64,000 bases of DNA. Source: Takakia lepidozioides (Eukaryota; Plantae; Bryophyta). Position numbers and translations under genes: made by a program. The notes below the pieces were generated by a model, which worked only from the letters and a program-made list of their open reading frames with translations, searched no databases and was not told the origin of the DNA. Shown here piece after piece: positions 60,581-64,000 of this stretch (its first letter is position 1; every line of letters starts with the position of its first letter). The DNA lies in the NCBI GenBank assembly GCA_030704615.1, contig CM060733.1:62620001-62684000 (forward strand). Reading direction: 5' to 3'.

Positions 60581-61569
60581 TATTGTTCAATGAGAAGCAT
60601 ATGATTGTATGTACAGAAGTCTAAACTTCTAACTCTTTCATCAAATTCCAATCTCTGAATCACATTAGATTGTCGCTCATTTTGTTCATGTTTACAATAT
60701 TCTTTAAACATTGGTTCATTCATGTACCACACATTCTTTGTAACTAAACAAACATCCAACTTCATTTTAGTATATCGATTTCAATTCTTCAAACATGGGC
60801 CTCGACATAGGAGACGCACTTGGATACATAGAGGATTGCACTTGGACTAAGATGACACTGGACACTTGGCCAACAACACAGGTTTGTTTTGTTCTGTTTT
60901 GTAGTTGTTGAGATCTCCCAAACCGCCCCGGTGCTTGGTGTCGTTGGAAAGCCCTTGATGAGGAGGGGTGCACCGGCTTGGTCTCATGATTTTTGGACCC
61001 GCGGTGTGGGAGATAACGAATTTTGAGTACTTTGGGTCGCTGGAAATTTGTGAAAAATAGCAAAGTGGGCTTTCCTGGAGCAATGATTGGCCCTTCAGGT
61101 GGGAGATTTGGAATTTCAAGTACTTTTAGTCGCTGGAAATTTGCAAAAAATAGTAAAGTGGATATATCAATATATGAAGCCTCGACAGGGGAGATTGCAA
61201 AAATAGCATGAAAAAAAAAGTCGATTTTTTGAAATGACTATACATGTGCTCAACAACACATACCGTGCTATGAATGTTCACTACCCCCATGGAGAGAAAG
61301 AATTTCTATTGAAGATTTATCATGGGGGGTGCACTTTTTATAATAAGACCATATCACGTGCATGCACCAGCCAATATAAAATACCCCTGTATATAGCTTA
61401 ATTCATGAATTTATCATATGTATATATATTTTAAAGAATTTATTAAAACCCCTAAAGTATTTATATATAAAAATATTTTAATATATAACCACACCCTGCT
61501 GTATGTGTTCATTCATAATATAACAAGCGGCTCGTCGCGTAATGGCTCCTCCTTATGGTGACTACCTAT

Positions 61570-63890
61570 TAGAATATTTTGATGATGATGTATATTGGCA
61601 GCAAGGAATGTAATTAGGTAATTTAAAAGCTACAGATTTATGGTCCGTCCAATATGCTTATGTAATGCCAGATATGCAATGTTGGTGAGGTGCATTTGTC
61701 CAAACATGGTCTAGTTGAGATCCATAGATAGTAGTACTAATGGAGAATTGGAGTTGCATGTGAAAAGAAGACATGAATTTTTGCAATTGATTTGTTGTTA
61801 CGGAATTATTTTGGAAAAGATCTATATTAAAATCTCTTATTATTATGGTTGGACGGGTATGTGGGATATTATCAATGAGCTTTTTGAGAGAAGACAAGAA
61901 AATACTTAATTGTAGTGTTGGAGGTTTATAGACCGCAATTATATGAATTGCTTTCTTGGTATTCAAATTAAATGTTGTAGCTATGTATTCAGCACCTTTA
62001 TTTGATAGTATTTGATTTGATGCTAATGACATAGTATGGTCGTATATTACAAGTGTTATGTGGCTTGCATGAACCGCTAGATAAGAGTACATTCTAGTAT
62101 TAAGGAACAATTCAATGTTTGAATTTGTTGGATTGAAGTGAGTTTCATTGAAGCACATTATATGAGATTGTTGTATATTAAAGTCGGAAAAAAATCCTCT
62201 TTATGTAACGACAATGATCTAGTGTTTAAAGATTGCACAATGACATGGGATTCTCTTGAGAATGGGAATTAATAGTTTCCAACGAGCACTAATGCGAAGC
62301 CATTGCATTTCGTCGGCAACGCCATTATCAACATGCAAATTATTTGATTGCAAAGCTGTGATAAGATATAAAATTTCTTTTTGTCGAATTCGAGAAAGTG
62401 CCGTGTATGTTAGACCGTGTTTATTTACACCCTTAGGGTTGAACGCCAAATAATCCAAAGTTAATCCTTGGGAATGATGGATAGTTCGAGCAGAAGCCAA
62501 TTTGAATTGGAAATTGGGTTCTGGTAATGATATGTTTCGTATTAGATTCTATTTGTATTTCTTTTGAAACTGGTTGGATTGGCGTCCACAACAAACAATT
62601 TGGTATTATTCTCTTGATTATATAAATATTTATTTTTTGCACGCGTAACAATTCCTGATTTTGGATTATTAAATTGGATCCATATTAAAATAGTTGAGTT
62701 TGACAAAACAGAAAAATGTTTAAAAATTTCATCGGCTCCATTTACAAGTCCATCATGTGTAGCATAATTTCCTGCGCACAATTCTATCTTTCTTAACACG
62801 AATCGTTGTGTGCAAACCTGCTGTGGCATTAGCATTATCGAGCAACTTGAAATTAGAAGGGCATGTATCATGATGTTTATCAACAGCTTGAAATATATAG
62901 ATTTGTCCGATTGTTTGTTTGAATATTCTTTCATTGTGCTGTAACATTTCTTTGTTCGTATAATACAAATGTGGAAATGTAGGATCGTTAGGTGGTGGAC
63001 GACAACATTGATTGTTAATAATATGTATATCATATTGCGTTTGTGTGGCTCTTCTTAATCGATACAATATATCTATGAACTGCGTATTTGATTGACGCAT
63101 AACTTGATTTAGCTCATAACATATAATAAAATCATGCCAAAAATTTTGAGTCAATGAAGCTGGTCCTTCATTTATTTTCTTAAAAACCCAAGAATCTCTC
63201 ACAGGTGGTGCTTGATAAAAATCTCCAATAATTATGACATCTAGGTTTCTGAAAAAATGATAGTGTATGCGTTTGATTGACCTTAATCTCATGTCTGCAA
63301 ACGTAAACATTTTGTTGCCAATGAGAGATACTTCATCCAAAACCATGAGTTGAAGTTGGTCAAACGATTTTGCTAATGTATCTAATCGTTCTGATCCAAG
63401 AAATGGTAACTCTTTACAATTTAGCGGAATATTAAGTCATGAGTGCATTGTTGTTCCATCTATATTGAATGCGGGTTTTCCTATATGTGCCATTAAAATT
63501 GATTTTTGTTTCAATGGATCAGCTTTCGGATGTCTATTATATATTCTAAGTAAACCTTGGATAAGTAGCAATAAAGTGAATGTCTTCCAGTGCCTTCTCC
63601 TCCTGTTAAAAATAAATGTATTGGTATTTCATGGGATACATGTTTTCTGTGCATACAATCATAAAAAATAGCACGTTGTTCTGATTGAGTTTACGTAATT
63701 GTCCATAGAACTCACAATTTGAAATAATATTGTCTGATGTATTACATGTATTAGCCTCGGGTATTGTCGAATCATTGTTTTGGGGTTTGCAATAGAATTC
63801 TGTATTTATATCATATGGTTCAATTTGTGCAAAGTTTGTGAATGGATGAATTGGACTAATATCGTCAACATCTGCAAATGTGTCCATCCA
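61570..63890 (-). pseudogene. Helitron RepHel 3' part: PIF1-type helicase followed by an AP-endonuclease (EEP) domain, degraded
   Basis: Helicase motifs: Walker A remnant GGEGTG (~63585-63605), VLDEVSLIG, GDFYQAPPV, LVNGA, ARTIHHSQGLTLD, YTALSR. EEP motifs: CFNETH, AVYKPP, DFNIDL, QLDHVWTN, DHK. Many frameshifts. Confidence 0.9.
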
Positions 63891-64000
63891 TATATCGTTG
63901 TTATTACTTTATTTTACGCTACCACACTGAACAGCAGAAGATGCAGATGAGGTTTCAGACTTATTCTAGTGGGGAGCATGGGACGTTACCTCCAGTTCCA

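Overview
This is repeat-rich nuclear DNA from a land plant. Spliceosomal introns and PLS-DYW PPR genes point to a non-seed plant such as a bryophyte, but that assignment is inference. The only intact host gene is a PPR-DYW C-to-U editing factor (28937-32323); two PPR pseudogene paralogues lie at 1-610 and 57505-60120. Most of the rest is nested transposons: copia, gypsy and hAT-like fragments, a Helitron with an AP-endonuclease domain, and four copies (three of family A, one of family B) of an unusual Mutator-like (MULE) element. Both families have very short TIRs, 9-bp TSDs and two divergent genes. One gene is a transposase (GCM-like zinc domain, DDE, SWIM). The other is a ~10-exon, ~1,500-aa gene fusing a ParB/Srx-type domain (DGNHRLLA) to a bacterial-type beta-class amino-DNA-methyltransferase fold. 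Each family carries many copies of its own palindrome in non-coding DNA (family A GGAAATTCGGCGCCGAATTTCC; family B TCAACCTYGYGTYRACRCRAGGTTGA), including in the orthologous intron. This suggests a parS/ParB-like or VANC-like self-recognition and marking system. The family B copy is inserted inside the transposase of copy A1. An ~11.5-kb inversion (39731-51194) splits an otherwise complete ~13.5-kb family A element; undoing it restores the TSD, the host gypsy ORF and the repeat registers.
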